Source: Octopus vulgaris
Lineage: Eukaryota
Length of the DNA: 64,000 bases
Direction of reading: 5' to 3'
NCBI GenBank assembly: GCA_951406725.2
Contig: OX597828.1
Span: 8,246,001-8,310,000 of the forward strand
In this document: positions 1-12,495 of the stretch, one piece after another
Layout of the letters: each line of letters opens with the position of its first letter
Numbering within the stretch: position 1 is the first letter of the stretch
Program-made: the position numbers and the translations under genes
The notes under the pieces: generated by a model
Told to the model about the DNA's origin: nothing
The model's input: the letters and a program-made list of their open reading frames with translations, nothing else
The model's database searches: none

Positions 1-56
1 TTGCCGAACCGCTAGTTACGGCGACGCAGACAAACCACCATCGGTTGTCAAGCGTT

Positions 57-202
57 CCGTAACTAGCGGTTCGGCAAAAGTGACCGATAGAATAAGTACT
101 AGGCTTACGAAGAATAAGTCCTGAGGTCGATTCGCTCGACTAAAGGCGGTGATCCAGCATGGCCGTAGTCAAATGACTAAAACAAGTAAAAGAGTAAAAG
201 AG
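57..202 (+). mobile_element. SINE family A, 3' fragment
   Basis: Matches the 3' part of the full copies at 7709-8132 and 37123-37526 (gcggttcggcaaaag...cagcatggccg...acaagtaaaagag). Confidence 0.85.
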
Positions 203-272
203 TATGTATGAATATGTATATACATATATGCGCGTGGGTGGGGTGTTCTGTGTATACATGTTTATTATCTTA

Positions 273-668
273 TTCTTTTATTCTTTTACTTGTTTCAGTC
301 GCTTAACTGCGGCCATGGTGGAGCACCGATTTTCGTCGAACAAATCGACCCCAGGACTACATATTCTATCGATCACTTTTTGCGGAACAACTAAATGACT
401 GTGACGTAAACACACCAACATCTGTTGTCAAGTGATGATGGGGCGGGGTAGGGGGGTGAGACAAACAGACAGAAATAACAAATGCATATATATATATATA
501 TATATATATACACGACGGGTTTCTTTCAGTTTCCGTCTACCAAATCCACTCACAAAGCTTTGGTCGGCCTGAGGGTGCAGTAGAAGACACTCGCCAAATG
601 TTGCACGCAGTGGGACTGAACGCGGAACCACATGGTTGGGAAGCAAGCTCCTTACCACTCAGCCACGC
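273..668 (-). mobile_element. SINE family A, near full length
   Basis: The reverse complement has a tRNA-like head (A box TGGCTGAGTGG, degenerate B box ...CGTTCAGTCCC), an internal (TA)n and the family A tail. Confidence 0.85.
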
Positions 669-906
669 AAGTGACTATATGCATGTATATAATATATATA
701 GAGATATACATATATACGACGGGCTTCAAACAAATCCACTCAGAGGGCTTTGGTCGACCCGAGGTGCCACGAAGTGGGAATGAACCCGGAACCATGTCAT
801 TGGTAAACAAGCTACTTATCACAGAGCCACTGTATAAATATAATTACGTTTACATGTGTGCATACGTACATATACATATCACATATATATATCTATACAA
901 CACGTG

Positions 907-949
<43 letters not shown>

Positions 950-974
950 CTCTATCTATCTATCTATCTATCTA

Positions 975-1021
<47 letters not shown>

Positions 1022-1026
1022 ACCTG

Positions 1027-1097
<71 letters not shown>

Positions 1098-1098
1098 C

Positions 1099-1170
<72 letters not shown>

Positions 1171-1223
1171 GTCTACCTACCTACTTATCTCTCTCTCTCT
1201 CTATCAATCTATCTATCTATCTA
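907..1223. repeat. (CTAT)n/(TA)n compound microsatellite
   Basis: Seen directly; explains the LSIY/IYIY pseudo-ORFs. Confidence 0.95.
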
Positions 1224-1879
1224 TAGTTGTCTGTATAAACGTAACTATACATATATATATATTTTACTTTCTAGATACGAATGCATGTGTGTGTGCGTGA
1301 GCATGTTTTCTCGTGTGTGTCTTTGTGTACTTGCACGCGCGCTCGTGTATTTGTTTGTGTGTGCAGTGTGGGGGGGGGGGGTGCTTGATTAAAAATAAAA
1401 AGGCTGAATTTAATTTTTTTAAAGAAAATTGCACTCTATCTCTTACTATTAGTTACCACATGCCACATTAAGTCTTACAAACACCGCTGGAATGAAGAGG
1501 TCTGATGTGTTTACATTCTCTGAGTATCAACGGGGTGGATAATCAGGTGTTTTCTATGTGTGTATGTATGTGCTTAAAGGTAAAAGGTGATTCTGTGCGT
1601 GTGTTTACAGTATTTACAGCAATAAAATATACCACCCTAGCTCTCTCTCTCTCTCTCTCTCTCTCTCCTTCTCTCACTCTCTCTCAATGTATCTCTCTCT
1701 CTATCTCACCACATTATATATATCTGCCGTATAGCTCTCTGAAGTGTGTACGCATGCGTATTCGTGTACGGTCGTGTATCAGTATTTGTGTGTGTGTGCG
1801 TGAGTGTGAGTATTGCACACCAATTCTTGTATATGTATCCTACTCTTTGCTTGTCTGCAATGCTAGGTCTGTGTGAGTG

Positions 1880-1911
<32 letters not shown>

Positions 1912-2159
1912 TATGCACTATCAATATTTATGACCAAACGCTTACATCCTTGTACATACACATATACGCAAACATATATAAGTACAATATATATTTAAAG
2001 AACCCATTTATCATATAAGACCATGTTAGTGTTCAGCGGTGCAGCTGTTTTACAACTTATATACTTCCATTAATATAATTACTATTGTTGCTATAGTTAC
2101 ATGCGATTCGTTGTAAGATGATTCGGATGTTATTAAACATTGATTTCTGATGTCGACTC

Positions 2160-2350
2160 CACACACACACACACACACATACATACATACACACACACAT
2201 ACATATATACATACATACATACATACATACATACATACATACATACATACATACATACATACATACACGCGTACGTACGTACATATATATATTTATATAT
2301 ATATATCTTACATATACACGTACAAACACACGCACACACAGACACACACT
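2160..2350. repeat. (CA)n/(TACA)n microsatellite
   Basis: Seen directly. Confidence 0.9.
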
Positions 2351-3126
2351 TATCTCTATATATTATATATATATGTCTGAGTGTGTACATGTCACTGTAT
2401 GTGTATTTGTCTGTACACACACACACGTATAGTTACACACGTACATACATACATATATACATGCATATATACTTAATGAGTAATAGGCGATTTCACGAAC
2501 GAATCAAAGTGCTCGATACAAATGCAGAGTGTAATGTACATATCATATACACTGTAGATGAGAACGTTATTACTTTGTGCCATAGCCTGTATAAATCTCT
2601 GTCATTATTAGGCGATGAAAATAGACTTACCAATATCTTGGAGGAATAAGAGTTATGAAAGAAGACTTTAGTATTGCAATTTGGGTTAAATACACCGTAA
2701 GAGACAGAACTTACTTTATTTTTTTACATAATATTGGTGGTTAGTCATTTCCGTTGTAGTACTAAAGAAAAATATAAAAGGAGACACATATGCACAAATT
2801 GAACGATAAAAAAAATTTGCTAGATGCAGGAAATAGAAAGCAGAAAAATATAGGATTCTGTGTAGAATTCATAGCAAAACATAGTGAAATAAAGCTACAA
2901 TGTGTATATAAACTTGAGTATTTGAGAAAATAAAGAACATTAAAGTGAGTTAAAGCTGTGTTCTCTTATGTAAAATATACCAGGTGTGAGCGTTTAAGAA
3001 TTGAGAACAGCTCTGACAGAAAAAAACACATCGTCCATTTTATCGAATAACATTATGATGTTCCAGAATTTTGAAAAATTATTTATGAAACGGTAGTTAC
3101 TAATTATTTATGGTCATGATTTATAT

Positions 3127-3382
3127 CAGTGGTTGTCAGCCGGGATCAATATCGCATTTAGGGTTCTATACAAGATTTTGTTGTTAAAAATCTTATACGA
3201 TTATACTTCTACAATACACAAAATATATTAATGTTTTTATACTATTCCTAATAATATTTAACTATTCGTATACAGTAAGAATTTTTTTATATATTTACAG
3301 CAAATTGTTATGGGGTTCCAGTAGAGAAAAGTAGGAATCAAAGGGGTTCATAGGCAAAAAGAAAAAAAGAATGGAACTACTG
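3127..3382. mobile_element. hAT-type MITE, degenerate
   Basis: Termini CAGTGGTTGTC...GGAACTACTG resemble CAGTGGTTCCC-type TIRs. Internal motifs (aagattttgttgtt, gggttctata) recur inverted at 8784-9029. Confidence 0.5.
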
Positions 3383-3658
3383 GTTTGCAGCATTGCTAAG
3401 GAGATTTTGACTTGGATTTTCTCAGCTATACACAATTTGCATTTTATAATCATCTTGTTTTGTATAGTCCTCATTGTTTGATATTGAGAACAGTTCAATG
3501 CTGTTTTACAATTTCCAAATGTAAATGGAACGTGTTGGATTCTTTTGCTTTTGTATGTCTATAAATGAACCAGTGTTAATTAAACTTCTTTTCTACCATA
3601 CTTATATGAGGTTTAATAATTATATTCAAGGTATTTGGGTCTCCAAGCTACTTATATT

Positions 3659-3866
3659 CGTTTCAAATTTTAGCACAAGGCCGGCAGTTTGTAGGATGAG
3701 TTAAGTCGAGTTTATCGTCCCCAGTGCTCGAATAGTACTTATTTTATTGCTCCGAAAGGATGAAGGCAAAGTCGACTTAAGTGGGATTTGAACTCAGTAC
3801 GTAAAGACGGACGAAATACCGCTCAGCATTTGACATTGGCGTTTTAATTATTCTGCTAGCTCGCCT
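3659..3866 (-). mobile_element. SINE family B, diverged
   Basis: The reverse complement matches the family B head and the central gcctttcatcctttcggggtcgataaa-type domain. Confidence 0.75.
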
Positions 3867-3934
3867 TCTTCCAAACTACTTATATTAAGACTAAGTGGGA
3901 GGCTCCGTAAAAGAAGGAATAAATGCCGTTTTAA

Positions 3935-4262
3935 AGCGGAAAGTGTAACCTCTCGAAAGAGCTGTTCTTCACTCCTTCTCCAGAACGTCGGCTGCGGGGT
4001 CACTCCGAAAAGCTCTATCTGCGACGATTTCAATCTCAATCGAAGGAGAGGGGCTTTCTCCGTCCGGGTTGTGGATCCGTGGAATAAGCTGCCGGACGAG
4101 ATAGTGAATATGCCGACGACCGCTCGATTCAAAGACTCTCTTGACCAGAAATGGCCTGAACTCTTTGCAGGAACACCCTCCCTGTACATAACTCCATGTC
4201 CTCCTACATGGCTTTACTTTTTACTTTTTGAGCCAAAGAATTAACTTAACTTAACTTAACTA
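3935..4262 (+). mobile_element. CR1-group LINE 3' end (ORF2 C-terminus remnant plus tandem tail)
   Basis: Reads LRGHSEKL, then after one frameshift RRGAFSVRVVDPWNKLPDEIV...FKDSLD, the typical CR1/L2-group C-terminal motif. Ends in (TTAAC)n. Confidence 0.8.
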
Positions 4263-4995
4263 AAACTTTCTAAATCACAGAAGCAACTCAGTTAATTGTG
4301 ACATTCTTTTCAGCATAAAAACTTACGACTTCATTATATTTCATCTCTCTTTACATTTTCTTCTTCGGATGTACGTTGTGAATAACGTTCTTGAGTTCAC
4401 TATAACCTCTGCAAGAATTTTTATTCTATTATTGGTGTCCAAACTGCAGATTTTTGATATTATTCTATAAAATTTTATGTAGTTTTTTATATTAAAAAGA
4501 TATTTCCTCAAACTTTTATTTTCATTTATATTACAATGTAAAATTCTTTAATTACTCATGGGAACTTACTCGCCCTTTGTAATATTGATAAAATACAGCT
4601 TGGTTCCTTTCGTATTTTAAAGCTAAAACTTCACAACTAATTATTGTTCCGTATATGTCTTGTATTACAGGTGTTTATAGTGGGGCTACTCAATCTACTA
4701 CAGCCTGCATTGGAAAACGTTATTTACAAGATAAACAAGTTCTTGCATGTTTTAATCGTAATTGTGAGCAAAATATCTGAGGCTAAACAACATCAACGGC
4801 ACTATTAGAAACATTACATATGTCATTTCTTGACTTAAAATATTATGAAAATAATCTTCCTGAGAATAAATATGGTGATGGTAAATCCATTCAATTTAAT
4901 ATTTATTGAAGTGTAACATTGAAGAGATAATAATATTCAATGCTGCTTTGATGACCATTTCATAGCTTTAGATTAAATACCCTCACCGTAATACT

Positions 4996-5200
4996 GGTTT
5001 TAAATTTTGGCACAAAGCTAGCAATTTCGGAGGAGGGGTAAGTCCACTACATCGACTATAGTATTCAATTGGTCCTTCTTTTATCGACCGTGAAAAAATG
5101 AAAGACAAAATAGACCTTGTTGGAATTTGAACATGGAAACGGAGAAAACGCCGCTAAATATTTAGCCGAGTATACTAACGATTCTGCCGGCTCACCGGCT
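4996..5200 (-). mobile_element. SINE family B, diverged
   Basis: Homology to the other family B copies. Confidence 0.7.
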
Positions 5201-5524
5201 TAACATCACCATATTATTGATGACGGTTTTTGTGGAAAATTATAGTTGATACCATTTGATGAAGGTGGTGGAACAAAACTAATTGCTGCAAAGGGCTGTA
5301 TTAATCAGACAGTATTGTACATATTTAAAAGTAATATCTAGAGCCGATTAAATTGTTTGAAGAATAATGTTCCTATTATTGATATCAAAACAAGTGACGT
5401 ATTTGGCATGTGTATGAACTGAAATCAGAAGTGTAAGGCACTGAAATATATAGAATGTATTATGTAGAATCAATAACGGTTTCTTTGTCACCACCAGTAT
5501 TGTAACAATATGCTACTGATGTAT

Positions 5525-6096
5525 GGCGGCGAGCTGGCAGAAACGTTAGCGCGCAGGGCGAAATGCTTAGCGGTATTCCGTCTGCCGTTACGTTCTGAGT
5601 TCAAATTCCACCGAGGTCGGCTTTGCCTTTCATCCTTTCGAAGTCGATAAATTAAGTACCAGTTATGCATTGGGTTCGATGTAATCGACTTAATACCTAT
5701 GTCTGTCCTTGTTTGTCCTCTCTATGTTTAGCCCCTTGTGGGTAATAAGGAAATAGGTATTTCGTCTGCCGCTACGTCCTGAGTTCAAATTCTGCCGAGG
5801 TCGATTTTATCTTTCATCCTTTCGGGGTCGATAAATTAAGTACCAGTTACGAACTGGGGTCGATATAATCGACTTAATCTGTTTGTCTGTCCTTGTTTGT
5901 CCTCTCTATGCTTAGCCCCTTGTGGGCAATAAAAAATACGTATTTTGTCCGTCTGTACGCTTTGATTTCAAATTCCGTCGACTTTGCCTTTCATCCTTTC
6001 GGGGTCGAAAAATTAAGTACTATTTGCGTACTGGGTCGATCTAATCGACTGTCTCCCTCCCTACAAATTTCGAATCTTGTGCCTAGATTAGAAAAG
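5525..6096 (+). mobile_element. SINE family B trimer with TSD
   Basis: Head GGCGGCGAGCTGGCAGAAACG, B box GAGTTCAAATT and three tandem central domains. The domain resembles the Meta/MESC SINE domain (from recall). TSD ATATGCT(A/T)CTGATGT at 5508-5522 and 6098-6112. Confidence 0.9.
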
Positions 6097-6633
6097 TATA
6101 TGCTTCTGATGTCTTCGTTTTCTTCGGCTCTGGAAAAATGTTGGAACAAAACAGTCTTACCTTGATTAAATGGATTGGATTTATTTCCTGTACTTATTTG
6201 ATCTACTCAGGATAGAAGAAAGGTAACTACCAGAATCTGAAATTAGAGCTAAATGAACTGCACTTGAGTATCGGAAATATGGTAAAGGATCTAATCCAGT
6301 TTCGCTTGAAACATGGAATGTCTGAGACGAGGCATCTTCTTACCTCTTCTAATAATTTTGTACTTCCCGTCAATATTGGCATTCCTAAGCTATGCATATG
6401 CATTCATAATCCAACTCAGAAACCGTGTATTTATGTAGAAAATCGATTTCGATACGGTGCTTGTAATGTGAAGTAACTTCCATTGGTATGGCCAACCCAG
6501 CGCATCCCAAAATTCTATTTCATGCTGATTGCTTTCACACTGAGCAGTTTTTTTTCCTGATTGACATTATCTGTGTTCGAAGGCATCGCAGCTGTGATCA
6601 TCTCTTTATTCTATACCTATTTGTTTATTCTAT

Positions 6634-6822
6634 ACCTATTTGTTTACTATCCACAAGGGGCTAAACACAGAGGGGACAAACAAGGACAGGCAAACGGATT
6701 AAGTCGATTACATCGACCCCAGTGCGTAACTGGTACTTAATTTATCGACTCCGATAGGATGAAAATCAAAGTCGACCTCGGCGGAGTTTGAACTCAGAAC
6801 GTAACGGCAGTCGAAATATCGC
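6634..6822 (-). mobile_element. SINE family B, 5'-truncated
   Basis: Reverse complement of the unit seen at 5756-5940. Confidence 0.85.
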
Positions 6823-7376
6823 TGAAACTGAATAATATTTCTCTTTAACTACATTATATTTTTCGTTATGATGTATTGCCAGGAGCGTTAGCTTTTTCTC
6901 ATAATCGTATCTTCATAATCACGATGAAGATACAGTGATAGGAACTAATCTGATATGATTCTGATACAGTATATAAATATTACGCTTTAACTATAGAACA
7001 AAATCGAGGATATAAAGTGTTATATACACGATATATATATTATACGGAAGATGATTATTAAGTGATATACTATGAACGAATTTAAAAACATAATCTATTT
7101 TAATTATTTTTATATTATTTACATTATTCGGAAGACAACTGTCTGTTAAGTAAGTATTAAACCGTCTGCTAAGTAAATATTAGAAATTAAATATTACGTA
7201 TGTGTGTACGTTTGAGTGCGTGTGTATATGTGTGCGCGCGCGTGTACGTGTGTGTTTAAGTACGTATGTATGTAAGAAACTACATTTCATAAAAAACTGC
7301 TATGCTTCAATCTCTAGATGTGTGTGTTCAAACCTAAACGTGTGCACCATTATTTCTCTATGAAAATAAATGTCCT

Positions 7377-7460
7377 ACTCTTTCTCTTTCTCTTTTACTT
7401 GTTTCAGTCGTTTGATTGCGGCCATGCTGGAGTCCGCCTTTAGTCGAGCAAATCGACTTT
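7377..7460 (-). mobile_element. SINE family A, 3' fragment
   Basis: cttttacttgtttcagtc...gcggccatgctggag...gtcgagcaaatcgac. Confidence 0.8.
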
Positions 7461-7708
7461 AAGTCGTGTTTTTATCAATGAATGATCAACATATTAAAAG
7501 TGAAAGCATTTATTATGTAAGGAGTTATGGTGTAGAGAAAAAAAAAGGCTGAGGCTTCCAGAAATAGTACACTATGGGAATTAGACTACCATTCAATAAC
7601 TACATTGGTCCCAATATATTAGTTTCGGATCAAGTATAAAGCGACTTTTGCTTAAAATAATCCATTAATTCTCCATTGTTATCATTAAACATATACGTTT
7701 AAAAGAAA

Positions 7709-8132
7709 TAGGTGCAGGAGTGGCTGCGTGGTAAGAAGCTTGCTAACCAACCACATGGTTCTGGGTCCAGTCCCACTGCGTGGCATCTTGGGCTAGTGTC
7801 TTCTGCTATAGCCTCGGGCCGACCAATGCCTTGTGAGTGGATTTGGTAGACGGAAACTGAAAAGAAGCCTGTCGTATATATGTATATATATGTATGTATG
7901 TGTATGTGTGTGTATATGTTTGTGTGTCTGTGTTTGTCCCTCTAGCATTGCGTGACAACCGATGCTGGTGTGTTTACGCCCCCGTCACTTAGTGGTTCGG
8001 CAAAAGAGACCGACAGAATAAGTACTGGGCTTACAAAGAATAAGTCCCCGGGTCGATTTGCTCGACTAAAGGCGATGCTCCAGCATGGCCGCAGTCAAAT
8101 GACTGAAACAAGTAAAACAGAGTAAAATAGAG
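7709..8132 (+). mobile_element. SINE family A, full length
   Basis: tRNA-like head with A and B boxes, a cttgggc(a/t)agtgtcttc CORE-like stretch, internal (TA/TG)n and the conserved tail. Confidence 0.9.
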
Positions 8133-8783
8133 TATATATGAAAAAGAAATATAATGGGGTAGAAGTGAATGAAGTTTATTTCGGAAAAAAAAACTTCCTT
8201 TCGTTTTCGTTATTCCTCATTCAACCCATCCAGTCTTGAGCACAGGAGATGGAAATTATTACCAGACCGAATATTTGGCCCAAATTCTTGAAACATAGAG
8301 AACTGCACTAAAAGAAAGAAGGACAAAGTGATGATATATCATATATCATACTGCTAGGAAGACAATAAGATGATTACAAAATTAGATCATATGATCTCTA
8401 TTCATAGCTGTAGGCTATGGCTAATTTCTCTTTTATTGTGTGAATCATTATCGTGTATTATATGATGTCATATCGAATGAGTGTGTGACAAAAACAAAAT
8501 AAAAAATAAAAATAAAATGTACTATAACTTAACAAAATAACATCAGAGGTCACTGCTCTGTTGTGACATGTCTGCAACAACTGGATAATTCAATAGACAT
8601 GGGATATATTAATAAACAAGTTTGTAGACTACGATGTAACTAAGTGAAAAATGTAATTTTGCCAAAAGGGAACAGTAAAAGATATCATACATTTTTAACA
8701 AACTTCGACTTCACAAATTTTTAATACCACAATAATGCATCTTATGGAAGTTTATATAATATTCTTCGGTGATCCTTTATAGT

Positions 8784-9029
8784 AATGGTTCCCATCCAGT
8801 TTTTTGCCAATAGACGCCTTTAATTTCTACTTTAATCGAGTGAACTCTCGTAACTCCATGATTAAAAAATCCTATCATATTTTTATAATTAAGAAATTGT
8901 ATAAGAAATTTGCTAAAATATTTTGCTTACTGTCGAACAATCAGCAATTTATTGCACAAACTTGAACAACAAAATCTCATATGGACCCCACTACCCAAGG
9001 GCCGTATTGAAGCAATTCAGAACGATTGT
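8784..9029. mobile_element. hAT-type MITE, degenerate (inverted relative to 3127-3382)
   Basis: Starts ...ATGGTTCCCA; shares aacaacaaaatct and tatggacccc with the reverse complement of 3127-3382. Confidence 0.45.
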
Positions 9030-9792
9030 TCTATAGTGTGTGTAATAGAAATACGTTGCTATATTTGAAGAAGCCATATGATAAATACCATTGCTCATTA
9101 AATAGACAGTTTTTAGATTTGCCTACGTTTGATTCCCACATTGTCAAGAACAACATCTATTAATTTTCCTCTTAGTTTTACTTTATTGCAATGCGATACC
9201 GCTGGTAATCAATTAAGACTTATTAATTTCTTTTCTTTCGTGCTAAAGCTCATTGCATGTGGCAGGTGTGAATATCTTGTCTTGATAAACTGTAAGACAC
9301 ATTGCTAATAGCAACAGTTTATATGTAATAGCGCATGCAATATCTTTTAATGTAATAATTTATGCATTAAAGAGAAAAGACATAAAATTTTGATGTTGTT
9401 ATCTAACCCCCAGATCGCAACATCTATTAATTTTCCTCTTAGTTTTACTTTATTGCAATGCGCTGAGGTGGAGGTAAGTCGATGATATCGACCCCAGTGA
9501 TCAACTGATACTTATTTTTATCGACCCCAAAAATTGAAAGGCAAAGATGGACTCGGCGCGATTTTGCCCTGCCTGCTAATGAGTCTGCCACATCTTCGTC
9601 TTAACACCAGATCACATTGTGTTAAAAAGAAACATAATGGAAAGCATTTCAACTTTGGGCTTTCCCTATTTTTATTTAAACGACTAAGCTGTATTATATA
9701 CCGTGTCCTAATAATTTGTATTAGGAGGTGGGGACTTCAAAGACATATTAACACTACTCAAGTGGATCGAAAGATCACTCAGAGGATCACGT

Positions 9793-9828
<36 letters not shown>

Positions 9829-9829
<1 letters not shown>

Positions 9830-10563
9830 TAACAATTTAGGAATGGCCTTAACAGGCCATTCGTCCACCAGAGAGAGCAGCAGAACTCAAACCGCCAAGC
9901 AGTAGTAATTCAGAAATTACTACTGCTTGGCGGTTTGAGTTCTGGCTGCTCTCTCTGGTGGACGAATGGCCTGTCAAGGCCATTCCTAAATTGTTATATT
10001 TATATATTTTAGTCTTTGACTATTTTCTCTTTTCCACTAGGCCGCTGGTAGCGATAAATTTCTATTGAATTTTTTGCTACCCTAAATTGATTAATTGATA
10101 ATTTTCTAACTAATTCTGAGATTGAATCGGCAGTTTATATTTACTGCTGATGGATTGGCGCGAATACGTTGGTCTTGAAAATTTTAAGACAGATATTCTG
10201 GAGGCATTGATACAGACGCCTCGTGTATATTTGTCTCTCCCAGGTTTTTTACTGATGAAGTGTGACCTATGGTAGATTAGCTTAATTTAATTTAATTAAG
10301 CTAGTTTATCATTAAAAACACAGAAAGGATGCATCGTCTAAAAGATGAATTAGGGTAAACGTTTTTAAATTTTCACCTAATTTCTGAATTACTACTGCTT
10401 GGCGGTTTGAGTTCTGGCTGCTCTTCTCTGGTGGACGAATGGCCTGTTAAGGCCATTCCTAAATTGTTATATTTATATATTTTAGTCTTTGACTATTTTC
10501 TCTTTTCCACTAGGCCGCTGGTAGCGATAAATTTCTATTGAATTTTTTGCTACCCTAAATTGA

Positions 10564-10569
<6 letters not shown>
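9829..10569 (+). mobile_element. Non-coding Penelope-like/retrozyme-like element: inverted end plus about 1.4 tandem copies of a 472-bp unit
   Basis: Inverted arms at 9829-9910 and 9915-9997; direct repeat at 9915-10096 and 10387-10569; internal HHR motif; (TA)n on both flanks. Confidence 0.75.
10245..10345 (+). ncRNA. Type I hammerhead ribozyme motif
   Basis: Stem I TTTTTTA/TAAAAGA, core CTGATGA at 10252-10258, long stem II (19 bp, only WC or GU pairs, 10269-10287/10294-10312), GAAA at 10323-10326, palindromic stem III GATGCATC, and GTC cleavage triplet at 10336-10338. Confidence 0.75.
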
Positions 10570-10601
<32 letters not shown>

Positions 10602-10602
10602 A

Positions 10603-11003
10603 CAGGCGCTGCTGTGTGGAAAGAAGCTTGCTTCCCAACCACATGGTTCCGGGTTCAGTCCCACTGCATGGTACCTTGGGCAAGTGCCTTCTGCAATAGC
10701 CTCGGGCCCTCGGGCCAACCAAAGCCTTGTGAGTGGATTTAGTGGACGGAAACTGAAAGAAGCTCGTCGTATATATGTATATATATATGTGTATGTTTGT
10801 GTGTCTGTGTTTGCCCCCCCCCCATCGCTTGGCAACGGATGCTGGTGTGTTTACATACACGTAACTTGACGTTTCGGCAAAAGGAGAACGATGGAATAAG
10901 CAATAGGCTTACAAAGAATAAGTCCTGGGGTCGATTTATTCGACTAATGGCGGTGTTGCAGCATAGCCGCAGTCAAATGACTGAAAGAAGTAAAAGAAAA
11001 AGA
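10603..11003 (+). mobile_element. SINE family A
   Basis: Homology across head, body and tail. Confidence 0.9.
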
Positions 11004-11016
11004 ATATCTATATATG

Positions 11017-11123
<107 letters not shown>

Positions 11124-12139
11124 CAAAAAAGTTCACAAGTAACTCCATCCACGTTTACCAAATCTCCCTCGATTTTGAAATGAATTCAAACAAATCCAAA
11201 ATTTCTCAGTCAACATCTAATAATGCTATGCAAAAGAAGGAAAGACGGAATAATAAAATGAATGTTTTATATAAAAAGTTAAAATATATTAATAAACAAA
11301 GGTTTTGTTAACGTTGTTGGAAATTCCAAACGTTATAACAAAAATATATTTAAAATATATATTTATATTTATAATATTTTTGATACTATATTAATATATG
11401 TATATCTATTATATTTTTTCGTTTATTGCATTTTGTTGTGTTGCGTTTATTATATATTCGATTATAATAGGAAGTAAAATAATAATAAAAAATGATAATG
11501 ATATGAACAATAATAATGATGATGATCATGATGATGAAGATAATAAGAAGAAAAAGAACAACAGCAACAACAACGAAAAAGAACAACAACAAAAACAACA
11601 ACAACTTGGAATTCGATTCATGCATCCACGCAGTTAATTTAATAGCTTCGGAGCGCTTTTCATGTTGATATTGTTATTACTGCCTAGTAACCCCCTTCTC
11701 CGCCTCCCATTCATATATACACATACATATGCTCACGTACACACACCTTTGAGCCTACAGACACACATACACATTCATACACACCCAAACACACACACAC
11801 ACACACACACACACTGGCATACACAAATACACTTAAATTAATTATAATTCTTTTTAACGTTGAAAGACTCAGCTAATTGCGTTCATCGTTGAGGTAAATC
11901 TAAATAAAATCCTATCAGGAAGTTTACATAAGATGTTAGACAGGAAGCCGGCTTGCCATCTGCTGGACTGCTTTTCAATCGACGAGTTTTCTGACAATGC
12001 ATGCTACCGTTTTTTTGTTTGGCTAAATTTGTAAAATTAAATATCAGAATTGCAAAAACAGCCTAGCAAATACAATAGCTTCATTTTTAACGTAAGTTCA
12101 TAGCTGTATATTTGCTTCTTACTGTTCGAGAAAATTCTG

Positions 12140-12252
<113 letters not shown>

Positions 12253-12435
12253 TTCAATAACCTCTCTGCTATGGGTGCAAGGCCTTAAAGTTTTGGGAAG
12301 GGAAATAATCTATTACATCCACCTCCGTGCTTAACTGGCACTCATTTTACCGAGTTCAAAATTATAAAGAGGTAAAATCGGTTGGGTGGAATTTGAATTC
12401 TCAACGACGCATAATAATGATAATAAATAATAATG

Positions 12436-12492
<57 letters not shown>

Positions 12493-12495
<3 letters not shown>

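Noticed and set aside
632-1392. Long ORFs (up to 222 aa) and the many similar IYIY/HTHT/LSLS ORFs in the window
   Set aside because: Translations of stop-free microsatellites.
4660-4810. Possible exon after ttgtattacag
   Set aside because: Acceptor-like site only; no convincing donor or recognisable peptide.
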